Positions 12,060-24,854 of a stretch of DNA of 64,000 nucleotides are shown here, piece after piece. This stretch comes from Hormiphora californensis (Eukaryota > Animalia > Ctenophora). Position numbers and translations under genes: made by a program. Numbering within the stretch: position 1 is the stretch's first letter; every line of letters starts with the position of its first letter. The notes beneath the pieces are model-generated. The model had not been told where the DNA came from. It saw nothing but the letters and a program-made list of their open reading frames with translations, and ran no database searches. The stretch is taken from NCBI GenBank assembly GCA_020137815.1, contig CM035354.1:6572001-6636000 (forward strand). Reading direction: 5' to 3'.

Positions 12060-13872
12060 ATGTCCCGATGGAGAGCTCTCAAGTCAGGATACCTCTTCCT
12101 ACAGGATGCAAACTTCGAATCTGCCACTGTTAGTCCTTTCTGGATATTCCTTGAGTTTATTGTTTGTTTGAACTACTAAACCAAGCGAAAGTGATACGAA
12201 GTACAATGAAACCTATTCCTCGAGTTTTAGATCACTATTATACTTCTTGAAATGTAGGTTCTTTAGCTAGCTTACGCTTTGTTTTTCATTGTCAGGAGCG
12301 AAAGGTGTGGGTTGAGGTGATGTACAACATCGAGCTGGGCAAGATGAAACTGGAAATATCGGAAGCAAAAGGGACCCCTCCTTCCATATCCCTTATTGTA
12401 AAACCTCGCTCTGTTGCTTTCAACTTTACTGACTGCTCTCCTGGGTTCGTAGGTAAGCTGAATTTAATTGTGCGATGCATTTAAGATAACTTTCTCACAT
12501 CTGTCAAAATTTGTCTGGTAGCGCTGATACCGTTTTGATTTTGACAGTTGCAGTGCGTTCAGATCGGGTTGGTGCCGGGAGACAGGTCAAAGCTGGGAAC
12601 ATTCTCTAAACGGTTTCTAGCTTTTACTTGTACATTTGACTAAACATATTTCTATCAGTGGGTCTAAGTAACAAGGTGTTGGATATTGTACTGTTGAGCA
12701 AAGAGGAAGAGTTAGTTCCAGAATGGCAAACGTTGTTCAAAAGTGCGAAAAGCCCACTCAGTAAGTATAGGGAAATGAGGAAAAACGGGTGTACTGGAGA
12801 GAAAATATATCGCTAATTGACGAGGAGAGAAAAAAAGACTTTTAATTACAGAGAAAAGCACAATGATCAGTTTAATTTTAACATCATCTCATCCCCGAAT
12901 TATTCCGCTTTAAATAGCAGCATTGCCACTAATTAGAATGTAATTAAATTACTCTCCTGCAGATAGGTATGCGGTGCAGGTGGTACATCGCGGGAAAGAG
13001 TTGTGTGGTTTGCTGATGGTGACTCAGAGGAATGTAACAGTTAGGATTGCTACTAACTCAGCTTACGGAACTTACTCCGGAAATGTCATATCTAGCGCTG
13101 TCACAGGGGTAGGTTAAATGGATTTAACTACCGTTACAATAAAGTGTACACCGCCACATTGATCTATAAATCTGTTATCTCATGTCACTGATCAAGACCT
13201 GATCATGTGTATTTCATTTTCTACTATAAAGTGGTTTGATTAAAAACAGCTCTGACAATGTGTACAGACTCAGCTTGGCAGTTGGCACTAACCAAACTAC
13301 TGTTGTTTCAGGTGTTACTCTCAGTAGAAGACCTCCTACAGATTGAGTTTACTGTCGGACCTGTCAAGATTGCAACCTCGCGGCTCCTGGAGTTATACCA
13401 ACATCTTCTTATAGCCTTCACCCCCAATACAACCTCGGGCTCGCTCCGTCTTACTGGTTATGATCCAGATCATATAGCTGGTCCATCCTCTCCAAACCTC
13501 CCTACAAAACCAAGGAGCACCTCCAGTGATCACCTCACACCAACCAACAGCAAGGGTGTAAGGGCACCTCTCCCACTCCCGAAACCTGGTAGAAACAGAT
13601 TGGATGCTAAAACGGCACGAAAGGAATGTCTCGACCCAGCCGTAACTGAACCATGCTACTCAGTCGTGAATAGAGAGAGGGTCAGGAGAGCAGAGTCGGT
13701 AAGGAGGAGCTGCAAAGATGATGATAGTCCACCACCGATTCCAAAGAAAAATGCAGCACTAATGGAAGAACTGAGGATGGATTATGTCAATCTGTGGGAC
13801 TGTGAGAGACAGGAGGCGGAAGAAATCTATTCTACAATCATTCGAGACGTATTCGAGGATGAAATTATTTAG
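12060..13872 (+). CDS. Dok/IRS-like docking adaptor (PH + PTB-like + Tyr/Pro-rich tail)
   Basis: Exons ~12060-12128, 12296-12452, 12659-12760, 12963-13108, 13312-13872. PH hallmarks LKSGYLFLQ...RKVWVEV...EELVPEWQTLF, then an IRS-PTB-like segment (RYAVQV...GLLMVTQRNV...LYQHL). The tail has PPPIPKK, YSVV, YVNL and IYSTI. Confidence 0.6.
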
Positions 13873-14452
13873 TATGAACAGTTTGTAATGTCTGAACTAA
13901 AGTTGTGTTTTTTTCCTGTAATCTGGTAATGTTGGATTGACTATCAGGGTAATTTGACCAAATCTGTGCAGTTCAAGCAGTGTGATTTCCATTTTCCGAT
14001 CTAGCGTCTGCAACTGTGCAGTCATATGGGCGTGGCACAATAATATAATTACCTTTTACTAAAAGAAGGGAACAAAATGACGTGGATTTCTTGTCTACCC
14101 AGTACCCCCCTTGGGTATGATATCCCCCCTTCTTCTGTCTACGTTTAGTCAGGGATTCTTCCTAAGAAAAGAGGGGACACTGTACCCAAGGTACCCCCCT
14201 GTTTTATTCAGTACGGTGTACCCCTCTCGCGCTAAAAGGGTCTTTACATGACGTACATGAGTTTGAAAGACGTGTGCTTGAAAGCGTGAGGGAAACAGAG
14301 AATTGGAAGACGGGCAAAGGGGGACACCGTACCAAACCTGTTGGCTGTTACATAGCAGCATTACCTTGGGCTAGTACTAAAACTATCAGCGATCTGTGAT
14401 AGTCTATCACAGTTCTGTACCTAACACCCTGATCTTCTAAATAGCTCAGAAA

Positions 14453-17060
14453 ATGGACAGTAACAAGGCTCGTGTTGTCCTAGTGAGTTGCAGGAAAAAT
14501 GAGCAGTTTCACATGACGACAGGTAAATGCAGCTACAACACTAGTCTTTTTACAACTACAAAAATGCAGACCACACACATAATAGTTTTTCAACAAGTAG
14601 TACTGCACACATATTTCTCCCTTTTTTCGTGTCTACTTTATTTCCCTCGAACTATCTCCCTCTCGATTTTATGTCTTTCGTGCCTTCATCCTACTGACTT
14701 AGTAAAAGTATAGTAAAAAGCATAGAATTTAAAGCATAATGTGCAGTGCAGGTCAGCTGTCAGAATCTATTTTATTATTAGTATAATATGCATGCAATGA
14801 TTGAATATAAATGAATATTATATTAGCGTGCGAAGTGGTTTATAATATTTGTTAGAACGGGGAAAGTAACCAAGCACATATTTAACTACTTTTCTCTCTC
14901 TCTCTCTCTCTCCCTCCCTCCCTTTATCCTTCCTCTCCCAAGGTCTAAAGAGCATGTCACGGCGACTGCGATCTCAGTGGAAAGTTCACCCCCTAAAGGA
15001 CGATATATCAGACTCCGTCCTAGCCCAGGCGCAACTAATCGTGTTCATTGGACCTCGGGAAAAGTTCACAAAAACAGAATTTGATGCAATTAATAACTTT
15101 ATAAGCCGTGGTGGATCGGTGAGTCGTGGTGCTGAGCATATTATATTATATTCAGAAGACACCTCTTTTTGAAGAAATATCAATACGTTTTGAATTTCGT
15201 TGTTGAGGTACTATTTCCCAGGTACCAATTGAACCTACTTTCAGGTTTTGCTATCCCTTGGTGACGGTGGAGAGGGCAAGTACGATACAAATATTAATTT
15301 CTTGCTGGAAGATTATGGGATAATGATTAATAGTGATAGCGTCATTAGAACTAGCTACTATAAATACTTTCATCCCAAGGTAATGACTAGAGTCATAATG
15401 AGCTAACTTGAATGAGCAGTTTGGCCACAATACTGTCAGTTAAATGCGAGTATTATGGGGCGTTTAAATGCATGTCTGTCTCAGAAAGAATGCTCAAAAT
15501 ACATTACTATTATGTGGGTAGATTGGATTGCCATATTTGGTAATAATCTGAGAAGTCCTCGCATTCTCAGTAATTGAACGTGTCGAAGTGATCGTCCCCG
15601 TATACTATTCAACTATGCCAGCAAATGATTGATTATTATGTTGTCAATTCCTTCCCGGGAACCTTCCCCAGCCACTTCCCCAATCTTGATTTACCCTCAC
15701 AGAGCGTGCTGATGGAGTGAGCAACATTTCCCCAATCCCCATTATAATATTACATAGTTAAGGAGTAATGTGTAACTACAATCCTCTCCTGGTTCCTTAG
15801 GAAGCGTACATTGCCAATGGGGTGTTGAACAGAGAGATTAACAAAGGGGGCGGCAAGCATGTGGGAGGAGATTTCGACAATGAGAATCCAGTGGGTCAGA
15901 ATCTGACCTTTGTCTATCCTTATGGAGCAACGCTACACGTCGTAAAACCATCTGTACCAGTTCTTTCCTCAGGTATTAACTCGCCGCTTGCATGTATAAA
16001 GCCGCGATGTTGCAGATAGACGATAGAAATTGATCTCAATGGCATTTGAAAATTTATTTTTCTCAGGTTCAACGTCGCTGCCGATCAACAGGCCGATTTG
16101 TGCGTTTCACCAGGGCACGGGGAGCAGTGGGAAATTGTGTGTTGTGGGATCCAGTCACATGTTCAGCGATCAGTTTATTGATAAGGAGGAGAACGGGAAA
16201 TTGTTTGATGTTATCATTGACTACCTCACATCTGACAAGGTAATGTAGGTTGTTAGGATCACTAATGTGCATTTTGTTCTAATCCTTGTGTTGTAAAATT
16301 TCTCGTTGAGAAATGATCAAACAAGGCAAAGTGAGATCTTGTTTCCATTTTGTTTTCAAGCATCTTTTTAGTGGTCCGATCTATGATGATAATCACTTTC
16401 CTCCAGATCCAGTTGAATGCAATAGACGCTGAAGACCCGGAAGTTACCGACTACCACTTTCTACCTGATACCCCAAAACTAGCCGAGCGACTGAAAGCCT
16501 GTCTGCAAGAGGGCGATGACATACCTCGTGACTTTGGGAAGATGTTCGAGCATAATGTGTATAAACTTGACAATGCGCTAGTGCCTAAGGTACCATGATG
16601 GAAGATTTGCGAATAAGATATTTTGAAGTTTTATTACTCGCTAGTAAGCTATCTGCTCTAACTGCACTGCATCTTTTCAACTCCATATTCTTCTTTTCAG
16701 ATAGTTCGATCGTACCAAGAGTTGGATATGAAGCACGAGCCCCTGACCCTCATCCAACCCAACTTTGAAACACCACTGCCACCTCTCCAACCCGCTGTCT
16801 TCCCTCCCGTCTTCAAGGAGCTCCCAGGACCCTCCCTCGACTTGTTTGACCTGGACGAGCAGTTTGCGTCCTCCAAAACCAAGCTCGCCCAGATTACCAA
16901 CAAGTGTACTGACGATGATATGGAGTACTATGTGAGGGAGTGTGGTAATATTCTGGGAATAACCGGGGACTTGGCCGGGGCAAAGGACGCTAAACACATT
17001 CTGGAGCATGTATTCTTCCAGCTGGTCGAATATAAGAAGATCAATCAGGAGGTTGCGTGA
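14453..17060 (+). CDS. IFT52: Intraflagellar transport protein 52
   Basis: Exons 14453-14522, 14943-15118, 15245-15379, 15801-15972, 16067-16239, 16407-16589, 16701-17060. Motifs GPREKFT, TNINFLLEDYGI, YYKYFHPKEA, FVYPYGATL, LIQPNFETPLPPLQPAVFPP and LDLFDLDEQFAS. Confidence 0.96.
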
Positions 17061-17498
17061 TAAGAGAGTCTCTAGTTGAGTAATAAGGTCTTGAGTGATA
17101 TATAATGGAGAAGTGAGAAGTGAGTTTATTTTTCCTGGGTATTACTAATATAATAAGTTACTTGCAGCTGCGGTTTTTTGCCTTTCCAGCGGCACATTAT
17201 TATGAGCTAACGTGTTTTAGGTCTAGAAAGTGTAGTAGCAGGTCTCTACACTATGTCGATAGGTCTGTGTGTGTCTATTTAAGCGGTTTATAATTTGTAT
17301 AGTGATCGGTGGTCCAGCCTGTCCGACCAGTTCTCTTGTAAATAGATCTCTAACTTGTCTATAAATGTCCACTGAAAACGTGTTTAACTTAGCACTTCGA
17401 GGCATCTTTTGTCTTGGCAGAGGTCAGATTGACAAGTGCAGGAAGCAGCTAAATACTTCCTCGATTCGTCAGTGCTACTATTGGCGTCACTTCCCCCT

Positions 17499-17605
<107 letters not shown>

Positions 17606-17918
17606 GACGTCACAGAACCTCTAACCTGACTAAGAAACCACCTGTAAATTTATTCCCTTTATTGGCTAACCACCTAACTGAATCACACGTGTGCTTAGTG
17701 CCAACCAACCATCCTACGAATCTCCTACCCCTTTCCTCACTCTATTAGTACCATTTCCCAACTCAAACTAATCAATTCCTGTTTCCTCAGTGAGGAAATT
17801 CCTCACTCTTGTAGCACCACTCTTTGTCTCAAACTAATCAATACCTGTTTCCCCTCTCTAGGAATATCCCCACTCTCCCCCATCTCAAACTAATAAACTC
17901 CTGTTTCCACTCTAGCTT

Positions 17919-20900
17919 ATGACGGGCCAGTTCCCCTGGGATAAGAAGGGTGGCAGCCAGGCATCGTTTCCCTGGAACACTCCCGCACCACCAGCACCAA
18001 GTTATCCATGGGAAAATACCTACCAGACGTATCAACCCCAGAAACAGCAGTATGGTCAGCAGTTTCAACCTTCCTACCAGACTAACTATCAGTCACCCCA
18101 ATATCAAACACCCAGTTACCAAACACCTAGTTACCAGACACCCAGCTATCAGACGGGTAGCAGTGCTGGTGGGGGTAGCTACCAGTCCTTTCAACCTTCC
18201 TATAACACCCCTTCCTACAGCTCCTATCAGCAACAGCAGCAGCAGTACCCCCAAAAGTGGCAAAGCAGTGGAAGTAGTGGGACGTGGGATTCCAGTAGTA
18301 ACCCATTTTATCAGTCCCAAAAAGCACCCGAAGCCCCATCAAACCTGTTTGTGTTTGGGAAGGATCAGCCCAAGAAAGAAAGTTCCTATGGTTCATTTTT
18401 AAAGGAAATGCAGCAGAAGGAACAACAACAGGAACCTGTTCAGGAGAAGAAACCTAGTTCCTACAGTTCATTCCTCAAGGAAATGAACAAACAAAAAGAA
18501 GAGACGGAGCCTCAGAAGCAATCGAGTGGTGGATCCATCTACAAGGAGGGGAAATCAAGGGCTCTGTTTCCTTGGGAGAAGAAGAAAGAAGAAGAAAAGG
18601 TTGAGGTTGATAGTGGTGGGAATCTGGAGGCAAAGCTAGCAGAGGAGGATGGCAAAGCACGGAAGAAGTTGGGTGATGATAAGAAGAGTGAAGATGTAAA
18701 AAAGGAAGAAAAGAGCACTGCTAAAGAGGAAACTGCAGCATCTAAATCTCCAAAGACTCCCAAGAAGAAGTCACCTCGACCAAAAACAGCCTCGAAAGTA
18801 AAGAGTAAAAAAGCGGATTCCGGAATTACTGAAATGAAGGTTGAAATTTCACAAGCAGCATCTCCTACTAAAGATGATAAATTGGAGAAAGCTACAACTG
18901 AGAAATCGGATCCTGAGAAGAAATCTGAGAAAGAGGGAGAGGCTGAAAAAGTTGAAGTTGAGACAACTACTCAAACAGTAGAAAAGAAGACAGAATCAAG
19001 TCCACCAAAAGAAGAACCTACTCGACCAATAACTTCCCCGGCTAAAGGTGCATCCATATCCCGTTCTTCCTCTGTGACCAAGTTAGCTGGTGGGAAACCC
19101 CGGGCCAAGTCAGCACCAACAACCCCAGCAGTTCCCAGACACATCAATAAGAAATCGGAAATGCTTGCTCAGAAGTACATGAGTGCTTACGCAAAGCCCA
19201 AGATTCCACCTAAAAAACCTGATAAAGAGGAAAAGGAAGAAAGTCGTAAGTTTGTTTTTCATATTATTGTCTTGCCAAAAATAGTTTGTTGGTTTGTCTG
19301 TTTCCTTGTTGGCTAGTTGGATTGGCTATTTCAAGTTCAGGGAGCGTTATCCCCAAATCGTTTACCCGGCCGTTTATCACCCGTTTATCAAATGTCTAGA
19401 GTTCTAGAGGACTCTATTACCCTTCCCACATTACATCATCCTTTCTCAGGACCTGCTCCAAACTATAGAAGGGAGATTTCAATGAGTGAGTGGGTGTACC
19501 CGGCACCCCCTGAACCAGTCGACTGGAAGGCACGGTGTAAGTTGCTAATCATTACAAAATATGCACTAATTTCAAGTAGTATGATTTTAGTCCTCAAAAA
19601 ACACTTCAAAAGTGACTTTCTAGACCCGTCGACCTCCCCCGCCCCCCCCCCCCTCTGGCCTTAACCCCTTTCTCCCTCACAGCGGACCAAGGTTTACCCA
19701 TCCACACAGCACCAGAAGACCCCGCCGCTGCCCCAGCAGCAGGAGAGGATGGAGGGTCTACTGCCACACTAGATAGTACAAGCCTACGAGAGGCTGCTTT
19801 TCAGAAATGGATCGCCAAGAAAAAAGAGAACAAAACCTTGAAAAAGAGTGATTTGGAAGTCACGGTCATACCTGATACCATTGAGGCGCCTTCTGCTGAC
19901 CAGATACGACAGGTAGAACTCCTTCACATCACACTAAAATCTTTTAAACGTATGTACCTTTTTGGTTATGACTATGTTAATGTAGTGTGATAATAGGGCT
20001 ATACATACGTTTTGGCTGTGTATGATAGGGGGGGTTCCAACCTATTTCGTGTACGTTTGTACGGAAAAAAACACGGGTTTCCTCAAACAAAAAAATACAA
20101 AAAAATACAAAAAAATACAAAAAAGTACAAAAAAATAAAAACAGTTTTATATGGTAATTTACCATTATTGTTCGAACTTTTACTGTTTTTAAACATTCTT
20201 CCACGCTATTTCACGCAATTTAGCACAAAATATATATACATATATACCAAAACTAATTAAAATTAGTAGGCCGGAAAGGTTGCCCTATGATTTGAGCTAC
20301 CTTTGCCACCGTAGCATTCACGGGGTAAAAACAGGGTATAACAGAGGCAACCTTTGCGCTTGCCAGCGCAGTGATGCTTCGTCTATCTTCAAAAGGAAAT
20401 GTACTGGTGCCAAAGGTAGCTCAAATCATAGGGCAACCTTTCCGGCCTACTAATTTTAATTAGTTTTGGTATAATTTGCATCATTTTTGGGATTTTTCAT
20501 CCATTTAGATGTAGTAGAACAAGTACGGAGAGGATGGAATCGCTAAGTTGAATTTTTTTCATTTTTGACGTCATTTTGACGTCATAAAATTACGTGACGA
20601 CGTCAAAATTTTGACGTCATATCATCGGGATTACCTAGATGAAGATACTGACCAAGTTTGAGATCGATTGGATAAGATTTGAGTCCGCTATGGCGAAAAA
20701 CCCCATATCGTCATATCTATTTTTAAACAGTCATATCACTTTAGACGCGTTTTAAGACCCTTATATGTCGAGTTTTGAAAATTTGCGATGTAGTTTCTGA
20801 AAGTTCAGACAATTTTCTTTCCATGATATAGTCTTCGTTTTTCGATTAGAATCCGTCTTCATGCTGTAAATTGAGCTCAAAGAATTTTGGTCAGAGTCTG

Positions 20901-23900
20901 AAAAATGACGACTTTAAGACGTTCTGTAGGACGTTCCTGGCGATGAAAAGGGACGCCACCTCAACTAATGCACACACATCCAGTAGATCTACCAGCTGTG
21001 AAAACGAGAAGTTTCTATCTCTTTTCGTTTGGCGTGAATATGGTTTATAAAAAGCGTCTCTCCTACGCGCGCGCGTGCGCGCATATGTGTTACACTGAAT
21101 CTAGGGCAAATGGGACCTGTCTGTAACTTCAGTTCCAGATGAGATAGAGACTTGAAATTTTGAACTTAAGTTAATGATCCCGAGCCGGGTATACATTCCA
21201 AATTTTAAGTCAAACGGATGAATGGGAGCCATGCTATAGGGTAAACCGGGGCAATTCGAACAACCGGGGCAATTCGAACATAGTACTGCCCGTCTCTCAC
21301 CTAGTTAAGCTATCATAATGACGTCATCCTATCTCCAGAAGAAAACTGCTCGTTCGAGCCTGCCCGTTACCACTAAATAGGCTCTAGATCCGGTTTAATT
21401 TGGTCGATTTCCGATTTGAAAAAACCAGCTGAAAGCTAATAATATCAGCTTTCAGATGGTATAAAAATTATTTAAATATTCGCATGTTTTCATTACAAAT
21501 TCTGGTAAATTAAGATTACCGGGGCAATTCGAACAACCGGGGCAATTCGAACATGGGCAATTTGGTTAACACACCGGGGCAATTTGGTTAACTCCCGGGC
21601 CAATGATGTGCAGTTCTTTGTACCACGTGATCACGCGTGATACCGGGGCAATTCGAACAAGAACGACCAGCGTGTAGATTGCGTGTAGATTACATTGTTC
21701 GAATTGCCCCCACCTCTAACAACACCAGGCGGGAATCTTCTTCTGGTGTTGTGAGGACGTTCACGTGACTCCCACGTGACGAAATAAAGCACTCCTATTG
21801 GTGTTGTCCGAATTGCCCCGGTACCATTTTTTCCGACCAAAATTTTTAAATTAGTTATTTAGTTAAGTAAATGATGGTCCCTAGAGTTGAAATTTATCTT
21901 ATTTGAAAGATAAAATAATGAACTTTAATCCTATATAATTTTTTTCATTGTATCTTTTTTTAAATGGGAGTGAGAACCGATTAAGTAAAAAGTTAACCAT
22001 TTTGCCCCGGTTTACCCTAGCCTTCTGAAATCTGGGTTTTAAGTCAAAACACCCATAAAACGTATAACTGCGTTTCTGGCGGCGCTTTGCTGTTTGGGGG
22101 AGGGGGAATGGCAACCTTTGCGCTTGCCAGCGCAGTGATTTTACATATAATGTAGCATGCCAAAATCGCGAGAGAAATTTCCCCGAATCGCAATTTCTTA
22201 CCAAGAAAATTTTCTCGAATCGTATTTTCTAAGCGAGAAATTTCCCCGAATCGCAATTTCTTACCGAGAAAATTTTCTCGAATCGTATTTTCTAAGCGAG
22301 AAATTTCCCCGAATCGCAATTTCTTACCAAGAAAATTTTCCCGAATCGCAATTTCTTACCAAGAAAATTTTCCCGAATCGTATTTTCTAAGCGAGAAATT
22401 TCCCCGAATCGCAATTTCTTACCAAGAAAATTTTCCCGAATCGTATTTTCTAAGCGAGAAATTTCCCCGAATCGCAATTTCTTACCGAGAAAATTTTCTC
22501 GAATCGTATTTTCTAAGCGAGAAATTTCCCCGAATCGCAATTTCTTACCGAGAAAATTTTCTCGAATCGTATTTTCTAAGCGAGAAATTTCCCCGAATCG
22601 CAATTTCTTACCGAGAAAATTTTCTCGAATCGTATTTTCTGAGCGAAAAATTTCCTCGAATCGTATTTTCTAAGTGAGAAATTTCTCCAAATCGCAATTT
22701 CTTACCGAGAAAATTTTCTCGAATCGTATTTTCTAAGCGAGAAATTTTCCCGAATCGCAATTTCTTACCGAGAAAATTTTCTCGAATCGTATTTTCTAAG
22801 CGAGAAATTTCCCCGAATCGCAATTTCTTACCGTTTATGTATAGCTGGGTTCCGTTTATGTTCATGTACATGTATTATTTATACTTTTTTCACGCACCCA
22901 CATCCTTCATTATTTTTTTGTATTTTTTTGTATTTTTTTGTATTTTTTTGTATTGTTTGTATGAAAAAAAACAGGAATTTTGGATACTTTTATGTATGGT
23001 CCGTACAAAAAAATACAAAAAAATACAAAAAAATAGGTTGGAACCCCCCCGTATGATACCACGCCCTGGTATTATAGTTTATACCGAAACCAAATTATCG
23101 ACTAAATGTATCGCTAAGAGGGGGGTTCACTATTCCCCTCTTTGTTCTAGTGCCATTATGCACTATTAGGTACTATCTAGCACCATGTTTTATTAAATGT
23201 CGATATTGCTATCTCTCTATCTCACTCCCTATTCTTCAGGAACAATTTGAGCAATGGTACAGAGAAAGGGCAGTAGGACTTGACAAGAAGGGACGACAAA
23301 AAGAGAAGGAACGGGAAGAAAAAGAAAAGGAGAAGTCAGAGGCGGCTGCGTTGAAAAAGAAAAACGAAGAGATCGCCAGGAGGTTATGGGAGGAAAAAGA
23401 TAAGGAGAGAAAGAAAACAATACGAGAGAAGAAGATCGAAGAAGCAAAGGCAGCAGCAGAAAAGGAGAGGGAAGTAAAAGAAAAGAAGTCAGCGGCTGCG
23501 AAGACCTATAGCAACTGGAAAAGTAAGAAGGATCCTCTGGTGGTAGAGAAAAAGAAGAAAGAGATAGCCGAGAAGAAAAAGAAGGAGCAGGAAGAACGGG
23601 AGGAGAAGGAGATGAAGGAAATGGAATCACAGAAATCTTTCATGGCTTGGTATGTACATATTTCTTAACTGTGGGGGTTTAATGTGGTCGTTTAGGGTCA
23701 GAGAGATCTCACATTGGTTACCTAGCATCCCTAACTATGAGATTATGCGAATATATATTCGTTCTTCTCTCGTGACACAGACGCTACTGCCCTGTAACTA
23801 AGGATATAACCTTGGTTGATATTTTCTGACTGATTCACCCCCTACAGGAAAGAGAACAAAGAGGTAGCTGACCGACAGAAGAGGGCTCAACTGGAGGAGG

Positions 23901-24193
23901 AACGTCGGGAGAAGCAACGCAAAGAACAGCAGGAGAAGAGAGCTCATGAGGCAGCCCGGGCACGTGCATTGGAACAGTGGAACGCTCAGAAACAGGAACA
24001 ACAGAAATCTGCATCTCTCGTAAAACCAGATCATGTCTCACCATGGAAAAATGGACCAGGAAAGGCTCCCGTATCGCAGGATCAGTTTCTATTAGCGAAT
24101 ATCAAACATAATAAGACGACTAAAACTCGACCAAGTTCAGCTAAACCTCGGGATGATTCGGACTTTGTATCTGAAGTTGAATTTGTGCGATAA
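17919..24193 (+). CDS. MAP9: MAP9/ASAP-like microtubule-associated protein with long low-complexity N-terminus
   Basis: Exons 17919-19245, 19450-19536, 19683-19912, 23240-23649, 23848-24193, phases consistent. SADQIRQEQFEQWYRER followed by K/E helices with recurring W (RLWEEK, YSNWKSKK, FMAWK, LEQWN) resembles the MAP9 C-terminal region. Confidence 0.65.
20243..22142. mobile_element. Probable Helentron-associated (HINE/DINE-1-like) non-autonomous element
   Basis: 63-bp perfect foldback 20243-20305/20411-20473. Subterminal IR aaaggttgcc (20275) / ggcaaccttt (22110) is followed directly by the hairpin tgcgct-tgcc-agcgca and tttt; the same 30-mer occurs at 20346. Internal agatagagacttgaaattt motif. 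Classification is inferred. Confidence 0.55.
21239..22017. mobile_element. TA-TSD MITE (Tc1/mariner-pogo-like) inserted in the HINE-like element
   Basis: TA|GGGTAAACCGGGGCAA ... TTGCCCCGGTTTACCC|TA, with multiple internal accggggcaattcgaaca repeats in both orientations. Confidence 0.85.
22168..22833. repeat. 63-bp tandem satellite (two ~31.5-bp subunits), ~10 copies
   Basis: Unit gcgagaaatttccccgaatcgcaatttcttaccaagaaaattttctcgaatcgtattttctaa. It produces the 21-aa repeats seen in the ORF track. Confidence 0.95.
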
Positions 24194-24854
24194 AACAGAC
24201 TTTTTCCCACCCCAGGACATTTTTGTTGTTTTTTATCTGACCGTTTATTTATCTCTGTTGACCATTTTTAGTGTTTAAAAAGCTCTGTAGATACATGTGT
24301 ATAGGTTTTGTATAAATTATGTTGCTTAAAAGTTTTGTGTTTCTCTTTTTTCTATGTTTATGATCCCGTTGCCACTGTGCACCACACACACTACAGTTTT
24401 GGCGTGCCTACTGTAACGCGCGAAGACTGACACACGGTAAAAGTCCAACATGTGTGTGTTCTGTGCGCCAAACGATTGTATACTGCGCGTTGCTTCAGGA
24501 CAGCCGCTGTAGCTCAAAGTACCGAGTTCTAATTTACCTCCCTCTTTCCAATTATAGCAAGTATGATGGTTTCGTCCCAGTTCGATCAGGGTGGAAATAA
24601 GGAAGATAAGAAGTATGTTTTGGATGGGGTAATCAGGAGAAATAACAAGAACGAGTTCCCCAAGGTATGAACCAGTGAGTAGAGAGTGTGTAACTCTCGT
24701 CTCTTCTTTTTTTTTTCTAGTCGGCCTCCTCTGAAGCTTCATGACATTGATACCTATTGTATTAATCATTGCTTGACGAACGCTCCATCTATTCTGTGTC
24801 CTCCGTTCTTTTAATTTCCTTTACTGTGGGGAAATTGACCACTTCACATTGTAA

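Larger units (their letters stand above)
20028..23050. mobile_element. Non-autonomous TIR element with poly-G termini and 8-bp TSD, hosting nested elements and a satellite
   Basis: GTATGATA|GGGGGGGTTCCAACCTATTT ... AAATAGGTTGGAACCCCCCC|GTATGATA (TSD 20020-20027 and 23051-23058). Subterminal 10-bp aaaaatacaa arrays in inverted orientation. Confidence 0.85.

Noticed and set aside
22044-22871. ORFs with 21-aa repeats (RFGEISRLENTIRENFLGKKL) and a CRISPR-like look
   Set aside because: Translation of a 63-bp satellite. Units are near-identical with no unique spacers and no cas genes, in an intronic eukaryotic context.
24326-24830. 147-aa minus-strand ORF
   Set aside because: No recognisable homology or coherent exon structure; lies between a 3' end and a transposon.
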